A stretch of DNA of 48,667 bases from a virus (taxonomy: Duplodnaviria > Caudoviricetes): IMG/VR virus record IMGVR_UViG_3300044645_000674, positions 1 to 48,667 of that record; one strand, given 5' to 3'. Below, in pieces: positions 39,222 to 48,351 of the stretch (the stretch's first letter is position 1; every line of letters starts with the position of its first letter). The notes below the pieces were generated by a model. The model searched no databases. It was given only the letters and a program-made list of their open reading frames with translations, and had not been told where the DNA came from. A program made the translations under genes and the position numbers.

Positions 39222-41120
39222 TTAAAATAAACTTAGTTGGTTTGTACTTGGTTCAAGGTTCTCAATTTCCTTTCTTACTTTCTCTAGGTAATACTTGAGA
39301 TTAATATCATAGTCCTCAAACTCTTTCTTTTCATAATCAATCATAAGGGTCTGCATCCATTTACCGGCCTCAACTTGTATAGCCCGTAAATCTTCATTGT
39401 TCTTCTTAACAATCTTACCACCATTATTAGATACATAGTACCTGATAGTATGTTGTAAAGGAACATCCCGATACTCCCCATTTACTACTTTATGGAAATG
39501 AAATGACCAGTCTCCTTTAATCTTAACACCACCACAGTAATCAAATATATCTGTGTTAGCTTTCATAAAGTCTTCAGGGTCTGTTCCATCTACAAAATAT
39601 GCATGTAAAGCTTTAGGAATAATCAAAAAGCTCTTGTTTTTATGCATGGCCAAATCTTTGTACTCAAATCTGCCCTTGCATTTAGACTTACCTTCTTCAG
39701 TAACTGCAATGTAATTATTCACATCACCAAGAACAATCTTACTATAAGTATCATGTTCTAACTGTAGATTAGTCATCTCTTCCCATCTCTTGCAAATCTC
39801 CATATACTTGTCTACATACTGTCTTGGAATCATTGTCTCAAGACCATCTGTATTTTGCATTAGTGGAATTGCACCAGGAATCTCTTCACAGATCATCTCA
39901 TACAGCATTGACAAACTTAGCTGACCATTAATAGTAATCCTCATTGTAAATTCAGGATCATACAGGAAGCTATTCTCATCATTGCTTAACCCATAGGTTG
40001 AGTTTAGGATAATCTTATATACATAATTCTTAGGATCAGATTTAGGAATCTTTTTCCTTTCCTCAAAGAACCATTCATACAGACTGCAGAATTCTTCTTG
40101 TGGTAAATGTGCTGGAGCCCACTTATTTCTAATAGCCAGATTAGGATAGAAACTAGTAACGTCAGACGTCATTATTACCATATCCTCATCAGACTTATAG
40201 ACCTTGCTTCTTCTAGCACCATGAATACCACCAAGACCATAATCAGTCTTTACACCTTTGTACTGTACAGAGTATTTAAAACCTCCTTTAGTTTCTCCGG
40301 TATAGATATTTACTTCTTTAAACTTCTTAAGTAGATTCTGAAATGTGGCTGTCTTAAATTCAATATAAGGTAAGATAATATCTTTAACCTTAATGACACT
40401 TCTATGAGTACGCATCTGTCTCAGATCCCACTTTCTAATTCCTGTCTGTGCACTCAGGAACATCAGGAATAACTCCTTAGAAATTCTTGGCTCAGAAGCA
40501 CTGAATAGATTGATACCATACTCTTCTGTCAAGTTTCTACGTAGTTCAATCTGGCTCTTACTGAGCTGCATAATCTTCTTAGTAGACTTAACATCATTAA
40601 TACAATATCTAATAATCTCTGGAATCTGTTCTGCAGTAATTGTACTAGTATGATGAATAGGCATATCAATAATGTTGTGCCAATCCATGGTATACTGAAT
40701 CCACTTTAAAGAACTTCTCTTAGCATTATTATCCCAGTGATTTAGTTTAAAGACATCTATCTGGTTGATCTGTAAATCTCTAGGAGAAAAATCTAAAAAC
40801 TCACCACGGTTCTGTTTGTAGATTATATCCTGTGCTTTACTATATAACCACTTAGCTATCTTATCTCCTGTGTTATGAATAACAGTATCCCTACTTCTGA
40901 GAATATACTCAGTAATCTGACTGTCAAAGCCAAGACCATTAAAACTTACATGCCACTCATCTTGTGCAATGTTCTGCTGTAAGAATTCTACAAGTTCTAG
41001 GATATCATTCTGTGATTCATGTACCACAAAGATTCTTTTTTCTTCAGACCTAATGTCTTCAAATACTGCTATGAAACAATTACTAAGAGTTTCATAGTCC
41101 ATTACCCAATGTGTTCTCAT
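39222..41120 (-). CDS. polB: Family B DNA polymerase with 3'-5' exonuclease
   Basis: Exo I DYET, Exo II FNGLGFD, Exo III YCINDV. Polymerase motif A DVTSFYPN, motif B KIILNSTYG, motif C NTDG. C-terminal QLSLF. Confidence 0.92.
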   Translation of the reverse strand: MRTHWVMDYETLSNCFIAVFEDIRSEEKRIFVVHESQNDILELVEFLQQNIAQDEWHVSFNGLGFDSQITEYILRSRDTVIHNTGDKIAKWLYSKAQDIIYKQNRGEFLDFSPRDLQINQIDVFKLNHWDNNAKRSSLKWIQYTMDWHNIIDMPIHHTSTITAEQIPEIIRYCINDVKSTKKIMQLSKSQIELRRNLTEEYGINLFSASEPRISKELFLMFLSAQTGIRKWDLRQMRTHRSVIKVKDIILPYIEFKTATFQNLLKKFKEVNIYTGETKGGFKYSVQYKGVKTDYGLGGIHGARRSKVYKSDEDMVIMTSDVTSFYPNLAIRNKWAPAHLPQEEFCSLYEWFFEERKKIPKSDPKNYVYKIILNSTYGLSNDENSFLYDPEFTMRITINGQLSLSMLYEMICEEIPGAIPLMQNTDGLETMIPRQYVDKYMEICKRWEEMTNLQLEHDTYSKIVLGDVNNYIAVTEEGKSKCKGRFEYKDLAMHKNKSFLIIPKALHAYFVDGTDPEDFMKANTDIFDYCGGVKIKGDWSFHFHKVVNGEYRDVPLQHTIRYYVSNNGGKIVKKNNEDLRAIQVEAGKWMQTLMIDYEKKEFEDYDINLKYYLEKVRKEIENLEPSTNQLSLF

Positions 41121-41160
41121 GATATTAGTGTTCAGTTAAGCTGTCCCCCCGTTACCGCAT

Positions 41161-41193
41161 AAAAAAAGGTAAACTATATATTTACCCTTTTTT
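41161..41193. terminator. Probable intrinsic terminator between the 41221 gene and polB
   Basis: AAAAAAA-GGTAAA-ctatata-TTTACC-c-TTTTTT hairpin with flanking A and T runs. Confidence 0.6.
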
Positions 41194-41220
41194 ACTGTTT
41201 TCACCCTTAATTAATTCACA

Positions 41221-41562
41221 TTATGAATTGACAAAGCTAAGATAATTAAAATCTTTGTTAACCACAACTAAGTTAATCAATTCTTTAATAGATTCTACAT
41301 CACTAATGTAATATTCTTGAAATACTTCAAGTTTGTGACGTTCTTGTTTCATTCCTTTTGTCCCTGTAATAGGCTGTCCATACTCATCAAGCTTAGGTAA
41401 CATCTGTAAAGTATTTCTTTTTTGTTTAGAAATAACTACAAAGACTTTGCTTTCTGGATCAAAGATACATTCTACATAAGGGGAAGCCTCCGATACTGGG
41501 ATGGCTCTAAAACTTGGCTTACCACTCCACTCAGAGTTAATAAGCATCATACTATTTTCCAT
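41221..41562 (-). CDS. Hypothetical phage protein (about 113 aa)
   Basis: ORF within the operon; ATG at 41562 (MENSMML) is preferred over TTG 41583. Confidence 0.65.
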   Translation of the reverse strand: MENSMMLINSEWSGKPSFRAIPVSEASPYVECIFDPESKVFVVISKQKRNTLQMLPKLDEYGQPITGTKGMKQERHKLEVFQEYYISDVESIKELINLVVVNKDFNYLSFVNS

Positions 41563-41580
41563 GTTGGTTATATTTTTATA

Positions 41581-41612
41581 CAAATTAATCTAGAATTTCT
41601 ATGTTTTCCAAA
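41581..41612 (-). promoter_or_regulatory. Candidate Bacteroidota sigma-A promoter TTTG-N20-TTAATTTG
   Basis: One mismatch to the consensus TTTG-N19-21-TAnnTTTG; ends 18 nt upstream of ATG 41562. Confidence 0.4.
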
Positions 41613-42151
41613 TCTGCGACAATAAAAATTAGGTGTTCTTTATCAAAATCTGGTTTACTGCATAGTTCACCTACACTTTCCAGCTCACTTTTATGTACAC
41701 CTAATAACTCCGCATATCTTTCAAACCACTGTTCTGGATTAAGATAACTATATATGTATATGTAGTTACCACTATACTTCTCAAAAAAGTTTATTACCTT
41801 GTCTCTAGATTCTTGTGACAGTTTACTATACTTGCCATCTAAAAACTTATTCCAATCATCCCTTTTGTCAGAGAAATCAAATACAAAGATGCTCTTTTCT
41901 TTGTCTCCTCTAACATATTCAAACAGCCTATTGTGTTGTAGCAGAACTTTTTGTTCAAACTCTTGGTACTCTTTATCAGTTCTATGATGATAAACACATA
42001 TAAGCTTCATATCCTCAGGGGTATATTTGTCTTCCCATGATACATAAGTATCTTCTGGAACTACACTTGTACCCCTTTTAATGTCTAAGAGCGGATATAA
42101 AAATATCTTAGACTTCTGAAAGTATTTTCTATAGATTGAATTAATTACCAT
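41585..42151 (-). CDS. Hypothetical phage protein (188 aa)
   Basis: Tightly packed ORF in the replication operon; no recognisable motif. Confidence 0.7.
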   Translation of the reverse strand: MVINSIYRKYFQKSKIFLYPLLDIKRGTSVVPEDTYVSWEDKYTPEDMKLICVYHHRTDKEYQEFEQKVLLQHNRLFEYVRGDKEKSIFVFDFSDKRDDWNKFLDGKYSKLSQESRDKVINFFEKYSGNYIYIYSYLNPEQWFERYAELLGVHKSELESVGELCSKPDFDKEHLIFIVADLENIEILD

Positions 42152-42153
42152 AA

Positions 42154-43173
42154 TTACAGTGTTACATTACCTAAAGCTAATTCATATGGTAGTTTATATT
42201 CTCTGTTTACATAGTGATACTTTATTCTATCTTCTATGTCCTCAAAGTCAGCTAACCACATTTCTAATGTTTCTTTGCTTACCTGGTAAGGATACACTTG
42301 GTTGTACTTATCAATTACTATGAATGTAATTACTATATTCCATTCAACAGCATCTGGAAGTGGTTTAATAAAATTCTCCCAGGCAAGCTTGTGATAAATG
42401 GCAGCCTGAATCCAATACTTATAATAACCCACAGACTCCGGGAAAGATGCAATGTCTTTACCTGTAGTCTTCAAGTCATTAATAAATAAGGTCTTGGAAT
42501 CATAATCCATTACCACATTATCTAAGATACCCTTGTAGCCAAATGGTAAATGCTCCTGATTAATACTAATCATATGCTCACTAAATGTTTTTATGTGAAC
42601 ATCATTAGGAGTTTTATCCAATTGTAAAAGGGCTCTTACTGCTTGATTAGATTTTAGTTCTATCAAAGATTCTTTGCAGTTATTCAAAGTAACCTCATCT
42701 ACTATAGTCTTATCAAGACTTTCCTTTAAGAAATCAAAGTAGGATTTATTTTCTTCTGTGAGAACTTTATCTAGTCTTTGAGCATCTGTTTTAAGAGACT
42801 GGTAGAGATTTGCTGTAACTAATTCTGAGAGTATTTCTTGAGAGTAATCATTCAAAGATAATGAATCATTTCCAACTGTACAATGGTACTTGAAAATATT
42901 ATCAATAATCTTTCTCTGGCTATCCGTAGGATATTTGCCTGGCATGCTAATAAATTGTTTGTCAAAGTTGTCTGGCTCAAATAAAAGACAGTGTAGGACA
43001 CGCCCTGCTACCAGGTGCGCGTCCGTACTATCTTCTTTCTGATTCAAAACATAATGACTGTAAAACATCCTAGGTGAGAACAACAGCTTATTAATGCTAC
43101 TGTAGCTAAACCAGAATGGTTTCTTGTAGAATAGTTCTAGTTCATCAGAACCAGTCAATGTCAGTGGACTCAT
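42154..43173 (-). CDS. PD-(D/E)xK exonuclease (RecE/DUF3799-like)
   Basis: FSYSSIN...GRVLHCLLFEP...E...KGILD...INDLKTT...YWIQAAIY. Confidence 0.85.
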   Translation of the reverse strand: MSPLTLTGSDELELFYKKPFWFSYSSINKLLFSPRMFYSHYVLNQKEDSTDAHLVAGRVLHCLLFEPDNFDKQFISMPGKYPTDSQRKIIDNIFKYHCTVGNDSLSLNDYSQEILSELVTANLYQSLKTDAQRLDKVLTEENKSYFDFLKESLDKTIVDEVTLNNCKESLIELKSNQAVRALLQLDKTPNDVHIKTFSEHMISINQEHLPFGYKGILDNVVMDYDSKTLFINDLKTTGKDIASFPESVGYYKYWIQAAIYHKLAWENFIKPLPDAVEWNIVITFIVIDKYNQVYPYQVSKETLEMWLADFEDIEDRIKYHYVNREYKLPYELALGNVTL

Positions 43174-44383
43174 TAGTTTCTTCTATTTGATTGTTATTTG
43201 ATACAGGTACTATTTCCTCAAGAATAATTTCTTCAGGTGGTGGAGGTAACTCATTAGATTCTTCTAGAACTGGTGCACTTAAATCATCCTGATCTACTTC
43301 TTCTATTTCTTCAGAAACTTCATCAAGACCTGTAGCAAACTCAAATACTGGATTCTTCTTGTCATCAAAGCTAACTTCTGCTCTATACTCAGACTCAATA
43401 ACTGCTGCAACATCTGGAGTAGGAACAACACTTGCTACACTAAAGGTTGAACTTCTAGCAATGTTTGTAATAAACCAGTCAAGTCTAGATTCAAAAAGAA
43501 TATTTAGCCATTCTGTAGTAAGAAGATTTAGTGAAACTAATTTCTTAGAAACATCATCTGGTTCTAGATATTCTAGATCTCTTACTCTAAGACCAAAGTA
43601 ACTAACCATAGACTTGAAGTTAACATGGTTTTTAGTATTACAGTTTGCTATTCTACCACCATATTCTTCAAGTAGCATGAGTAGATATAATGCACTCTCT
43701 ACATAGTTAGAGTTTGCCATAATCTCCATGGCCATGATATGATTATCTCTGTCTGAGCTCTTAAACATCTCACGCAACTGAGTATATATCTCATTGGTAA
43801 TTGTTACAGCATCATCACCATTAATCATAGCAAGCAATTCAGACTCATCATAAACTACTTTGTTCTGACAGTCATCAATCAATTCTTTCCACTCATCATG
43901 TATATAATAATAGTGATTAGAACTTCCAGTAAATACACTAGTAACTACATTACTAGTTATACTAACTTTAGTACTATAATTAAAATATACATTCTGTGAT
44001 TCTGAAGATTGCATAGCTGTGCGTAGATTATCTTTATAATAATCATCTACATTAACTTTATCAAGATACTCTTCAATCTTAGCAATAGGTGCTGTATAAT
44101 ACCAGCTACCATTTAATACTTTACCCGTAGTAGCTTTACCGGTAATTATTACATTTGCCTTATCAGAATCTCTTACTACTTTAATTCCTTGATTAAGTGC
44201 TAGGTCTTTCAGTTTGGCTCTTGGGATATTAACACCCGGCATAAGATAAATTGTATCTCCTTGTGCAGGAGTATACCCTTTACTTATTGTAAATAGTTCA
44301 AATTTTGAAGGATCTTCAAGTACATATCTTACATCTACATTGAATACTTCATCTTCTTTATCAAAAAATACTGCTCTTTTCAT
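43145..44383 (-). CDS. Hypothetical protein with a BRCT-like N-terminal region and an acidic tail
   Basis: IYLMPG..IPRAKLKDLALNQGIKVVRDSDKANVIITG resembles the BRCT beta1-alpha1-beta2-beta3 pattern; acidic C-terminus ending DIDWF. Confidence 0.6.
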   Translation of the reverse strand: MKRAVFFDKEDEVFNVDVRYVLEDPSKFELFTISKGYTPAQGDTIYLMPGVNIPRAKLKDLALNQGIKVVRDSDKANVIITGKATTGKVLNGSWYYTAPIAKIEEYLDKVNVDDYYKDNLRTAMQSSESQNVYFNYSTKVSITSNVVTSVFTGSSNHYYYIHDEWKELIDDCQNKVVYDESELLAMINGDDAVTITNEIYTQLREMFKSSDRDNHIMAMEIMANSNYVESALYLLMLLEEYGGRIANCNTKNHVNFKSMVSYFGLRVRDLEYLEPDDVSKKLVSLNLLTTEWLNILFESRLDWFITNIARSSTFSVASVVPTPDVAAVIESEYRAEVSFDDKKNPVFEFATGLDEVSEEIEEVDQDDLSAPVLEESNELPPPPEEIILEEIVPVSNNNQIEETNESTDIDWF

Positions 44384-44387
44384 AATT

Positions 44388-44417
44388 ATAAAATAAAGGG
44401 GGCTGTTACACCCCCTT
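44388..44417 (-). terminator. Intrinsic terminator downstream of the AAA+ ATPase gene
   Basis: On the - strand: AAGGGGG-tgtaacag-CCCCCTT followed by TATTTTAT, immediately after the stop at 44423. Confidence 0.7.
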
Positions 44418-44422
44418 AGTTA

Positions 44423-45592
44423 TTACTGAATTGCCATCTTAACTACGTTAGTATCTTGCATAAGCTTTGCAAACTTAACTTTGTTACCATTTACAATCTC
44501 TTTGACCATATAGTATCTTAAGTCATTTGTAAAACCATCAAACTCTGTAGTTAGTTTAGCCAATCTATCAATCATAGGCTGTGGAACTCCACCTTTGTCA
44601 GCAACAGTAAGTGCATAGTTAATAACACGTGTTGCAATGACACTGGATAAGTCCGCACGGAAATCATCACCTTGTCCTACTGAAGATAGAATAGCACCCT
44701 TTACATATGCTTCATCCTTAGTAAGGATATCTTCAGGAGAAATAATCTTATCTAGTTTATTATTAATAAACATAGTAAACATGCTAGAAAAATCTGCACC
44801 TACAGAACCCTCACCAATCATTTGGATTAGTGGCAACTGTTCTTCAAACTTAGGAATAGAACTAATAGCATTAAAGAATGTAGTAATAGCTCTTGGATTT
44901 ACACGTTGAGTTACAAGCTCTGGGTGCATCAACATGAAGTTAATACATCTACCATCAATACCTGCAGTCTCAGCCCACTTAGCCCATACAGCTACATCAT
45001 ACTTCATTTCAACAGAAATAAATCTGGTCTTCTGAGCTACGTCAAGACTAGTAACATTATAGTCACCATTGTCAGGATTTGAAGTCAAGATAACATGCCA
45101 GTTCTTAGGAAGCTTCCATGATACATATTCTTGACGGTCAAGAATCTCCATAGTAGCTTGCATAAATCTGTGGTCGGCACGAGTATAGTCATCCAAGATT
45201 AGGAAACCACCCTCACCTTTACCTTGAATCCACTCAGGAGCAGCATGAGACATTCTCTTATCAGCTACAGTATAACCTGCTTTAAGAGCACCATTTACTT
45301 GAGCTTCAGTAATCCATCTTTGTTTACCTTCTTGGTTCTTTACAAGAAATTCTTTAACAGGAAAACCAACAAGGTCACCTAACTCCTCAATCTGAGATAG
45401 ATTAAGTTTTACAACATCCATTCCTAACTCTTTACCCAATTGTAAAATAGTTGAAGTCTTACCAAGACCAGCATCACCCTCAATATTGACAGCTACAGGA
45501 ACTTTACCCTGAGCTTGGATGTGCTGATTATTATTTACCATGTGCTTGATAAAACTCTTTAACTCTTCTGCATTCAATTGTACTGTGTTCAT
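44423..45592 (-). CDS. MoxR-like AAA+ ATPase
   Basis: Walker A GDAGLGKT, Walker B FLILDDYTRA, sensor-1 LTSNP, arginine-finger region LDVAQKTRF; adjacent to a vWA gene. Confidence 0.88.
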   Translation of the reverse strand: MNTVQLNAEELKSFIKHMVNNNQHIQAQGKVPVAVNIEGDAGLGKTSTILQLGKELGMDVVKLNLSQIEELGDLVGFPVKEFLVKNQEGKQRWITEAQVNGALKAGYTVADKRMSHAAPEWIQGKGEGGFLILDDYTRADHRFMQATMEILDRQEYVSWKLPKNWHVILTSNPDNGDYNVTSLDVAQKTRFISVEMKYDVAVWAKWAETAGIDGRCINFMLMHPELVTQRVNPRAITTFFNAISSIPKFEEQLPLIQMIGEGSVGADFSSMFTMFINNKLDKIISPEDILTKDEAYVKGAILSSVGQGDDFRADLSSVIATRVINYALTVADKGGVPQPMIDRLAKLTTEFDGFTNDLRYYMVKEIVNGNKVKFAKLMQDTNVVKMAIQ

Positions 45593-45603
45593 AATGTTTG
45601 TTT

Positions 45604-46785
45604 TTATAATTCTAATTTAATTACTTGACCTGGTAGGTCTTCATTCATGCCTGATCTTTCTGACAAGACCCATAGGACTTTACCTCTTGGTCTTACAGAT
45701 GTATAACATTCACCATCAGTGAAATATACCAAGCTTGTATATTTCTTTAGGTTTGCATTGTAATAATCTAGGACGGGATCAAACTCAGTCCCACCTCTTC
45801 CTAATACACTTATTTCATTCTTGCCTTTATAAGGCTCAATAGACTTAATAGAAGTATCACACTGTACTACAGTAATATCTACTCCTACCTTGTAGATATG
45901 ATGAATCTCATTCATAAACTCAGCAAGCTCAGTATCACTTACTGAACCTGAAGTATCAATAGCAAGCAACATGTGTTGACGCATCTTAATCTTCAGACCT
46001 GGATTATCTTCATATCTACGGTTCTCTTTTCTTCTGATCTTCTTAGTAAATACTTTTGTACTTACTCCAGTAAATCTTCTGAGATAACCTTTCCAATCAA
46101 ACTTAGGTGCAGTAAACTCCTCAACTACAATTAGACCCTCAATCTCACCTGGTACATTACCACGTTTCTTTACAGTCTGTTCTTTTGCATCTTGTAGAAT
46201 CTTCTGAACTTGCTTTTCAATTAGCTTTTTCTCAGCATCAGTCATGTCATCAAACTCTTCCCATGTGCTATGATCTGGAATATCTCCACTAGCTACATTG
46301 TCAAGAAGTTTGTCCATGGCATCATTACCTGTAGTACCATTCTTATCCTTCTCATCTTGAAGACGGAGAAGCTGGTCATAGTAATATCTACAACCAGCTC
46401 TTTTATCTAGTTTGAGATCTGCATAGTCTTCAATTCTGATACCTCCTTCTGGCAGCCAAGAGTCTTCAATATACTGATTAATTTCCATATCCATAGCAAC
46501 ATTAGCAAGCTTTTTGTTACTAAAAGAACTAAAACTTGTAAGGTGTCCAAATGCAATATGGAGCAATTCATGTTTCAGTAAGCCCATCTTGTGCATATCA
46601 CTTAAACCAGTCCAGAATTCCTCATTAATGGCTAATTGATAGTTAATATTTTGTTTGCTTACTCCTGCAGTTGGGAGATCTTTTCTCCAAACTTTATTTA
46701 ACATAATGAGAAAGAACCCGTAATAGGGCTCTTTCAACATTAATTCTTTACTTATTTTACTAAGACTCTGTGCTTTGTCCATCAT
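45604..46785 (-). CDS. DUF2201-type protein: N-terminal metallopeptidase-like (HExxH) domain plus C-terminal vWA domain
   Basis: LKHELLH, NVAMDMEIN, MIDAS motif DTSGS, GRGGTEF, YFTDG. Confidence 0.88.
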   Translation of the reverse strand: MMDKAQSLSKISKELMLKEPYYGFFLIMLNKVWRKDLPTAGVSKQNINYQLAINEEFWTGLSDMHKMGLLKHELLHIAFGHLTSFSSFSNKKLANVAMDMEINQYIEDSWLPEGGIRIEDYADLKLDKRAGCRYYYDQLLRLQDEKDKNGTTGNDAMDKLLDNVASGDIPDHSTWEEFDDMTDAEKKLIEKQVQKILQDAKEQTVKKRGNVPGEIEGLIVVEEFTAPKFDWKGYLRRFTGVSTKVFTKKIRRKENRRYEDNPGLKIKMRQHMLLAIDTSGSVSDTELAEFMNEIHHIYKVGVDITVVQCDTSIKSIEPYKGKNEISVLGRGGTEFDPVLDYYNANLKKYTSLVYFTDGECYTSVRPRGKVLWVLSERSGMNEDLPGQVIKLEL

Positions 46786-47161
46786 CTTTTATTTTTACGT
46801 TGATGTCTACTTTGTCCATTGGATACCCTATGCTTCCTAACATACTGGTTAAATCCCGGATAAAAAACTCCAGGAATGTTTCTATTACATGTTTGGCTGC
46901 TTTATTGTTAGTAATAATACCAAGCACACGTGCAGATGATAATGCTATGGCTTCATCACCAATTACATCAGCAATCCTCTGTGCAGTCATTGGAATTTCT
47001 TTCTTCCATTGTGCAAATGGTTGTCCTGAAAATTTATACAATAATACTAGCTCATTATTATCAAGTGTACTGTTCTCAATTGCATGAAATGCAACAATAT
47101 GGTTCTCAGCATCACTTGATTGAAACATGTTAATCAGATTCTTTAATTCATCTCTTGTCAT
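46760..47161 (-). CDS. Hypothetical protein (133 aa)
   Basis: Translationally coupled ORF; its N-terminus resembles an internal segment of the 412-aa BRCT-like protein. Confidence 0.65.
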   Translation of the reverse strand: MTRDELKNLINMFQSSDAENHIVAFHAIENSTLDNNELVLLYKFSGQPFAQWKKEIPMTAQRIADVIGDEAIALSSARVLGIITNNKAAKHVIETFLEFFIRDLTSMLGSIGYPMDKVDINVKIKDDGQSTES

Positions 47162-47508
47162 TAGTCTTCAATTTTTAATGTTTTAATAGCCCAGTCTTTA
47201 ATTTCACCAGATGCAATCATATCTAACCATTCTTTTGCACTTGGAATATATCCATTGCAATCTTCTTTTACATGTTGTTCACCAACATATCTGGTATACA
47301 CTTTTTTGTTATCAGAATTTAGCAGATAAGGCCCAAATATTTTTTCACATTCAAATATACCCTCACTGTGATGACGGAACATTCTATGTTTAGAATGACC
47401 TACCCATGCTTTAGTAGCATCAAACCATTCATGAATTTCTACATAGTCTTCTGGAATACCTCCAAACTTTCTTGCTGATGATACAGCATGCTGTTCTGGA
47501 TGTGCCAT
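47161..47508 (-). CDS. DUF6915-like His-rich protein
   Basis: MAHPEQHAVSSARKFGG..EDY..IHEWFD.TK...HRMFRHHSEGIF.CE..FG...VGEQHVKED; family recalled from memory. Confidence 0.7.
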   Translation of the reverse strand: MAHPEQHAVSSARKFGGIPEDYVEIHEWFDATKAWVGHSKHRMFRHHSEGIFECEKIFGPYLLNSDNKKVYTRYVGEQHVKEDCNGYIPSAKEWLDMIASGEIKDWAIKTLKIED

Positions 47509-47924
47509 TACAATGTCTTTTGAATTAAAGAACCTTCATGAAAATAACTCTCTACCTGGGTAATTCTAATATCATTGTAGATTTTATATTTACCTGAAGG
47601 AATTAAAATACATACTGAACCATAACCACCATCATTATTCCACCAATCTTCAATATCTTGGAGTAATTTGTCTTCAACAAAGTTTTCTATATCAGAAGCA
47701 AGACCTGAATCTAATTCTCTAAGATGTTTTGCATCCTGATACCATACTTCTATATCATTTATATCATCAAATGCTGCTTCTTCATCTCTATCCATTTTTT
47801 CTGTAGTGTAAACTACATTTTCAATGCAACCAGAATCACCTGATCCTTCATATTGTACCTTAATACCAGTTACTCCCAAGTCAGCTAATTTGACAAGGGT
47901 ACCCATCATATTTATTTCATTCAT
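47508..47924 (-). CDS. DUF6878-like acidic protein
   Basis: YEGSGDSG and WWNNDGGYG motifs. Start reassigned to ATG 47924, just after the upstream stop at 47926. Confidence 0.65.
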   Translation of the reverse strand: MNEINMMGTLVKLADLGVTGIKVQYEGSGDSGCIENVVYTTEKMDRDEEAAFDDINDIEVWYQDAKHLRELDSGLASDIENFVEDKLLQDIEDWWNNDGGYGSVCILIPSGKYKIYNDIRITQVESYFHEGSLIQKTL

Positions 47925-47925
47925 A

Positions 47926-48351
47926 CTATTTGATTTTGTAAAACCTGCCAAGAATATTGGCATTTAGATATTCTTCTTTTTCAAGCACTTCTCTTACAAA
48001 TTGAAATTTAGTCTCATGATATGTTAACTCTGTCTTTGAGAAACATATCCTAACCATAAATCTTTTTATAGGTACTCCTGCTTTATGTGCATCCTGTAGC
48101 ACTTTATTACTACTGTAATAGTTTTCATAGTTAGTTTTGCTAACAAAAGTGTATTTAGATGCTCTTTTGTCTGTCATTGCTTCAATAGCTTTCTTTCCAA
48201 GTTTCTTCTTAACTGTAGAATGAAAGTTCTTTTTACCAATATAACGGACTGCTTTACCATCAATGATTGCCTCCATTTCATAAATGAAACCTACAGCACC
48301 TTCTGGAATTTTGCTGTCATTAAATACTTCACCTTTGTATAACCAACTCAT
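47926..48351 (-). CDS. GIY-YIG-like nuclease
   Basis: GFIY...RYIGKK motif, followed by YYSS, a conserved E and YLNANI. Confidence 0.6.
   Translation of the reverse strand: MSWLYKGEVFNDSKIPEGAVGFIYEMEAIIDGKAVRYIGKKNFHSTVKKKLGKKAIEAMTDKRASKYTFVSKTNYENYYSSNKVLQDAHKAGVPIKRFMVRICFSKTELTYHETKFQFVREVLEKEEYLNANILGRFYKIK

Noticed and set aside
21027-41120. Inteins or introns in the RNAP or PolB
   Set aside because: No intein splice-junction or LAGLIDADG motifs seen; PolB is compact and uninterrupted.
41121-41220. tRNA or other ncRNA in the 100-nt gap upstream of polB
   Set aside because: No cloverleaf or T-loop consensus seen; the visible hairpin is explained as a terminator.
47926-48351. Mobile homing endonuclease
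   Set aside because: Short, with no evident DNA-binding extension, and translationally coupled to its neighbours; kept only as a GIY-YIG-like CDS.
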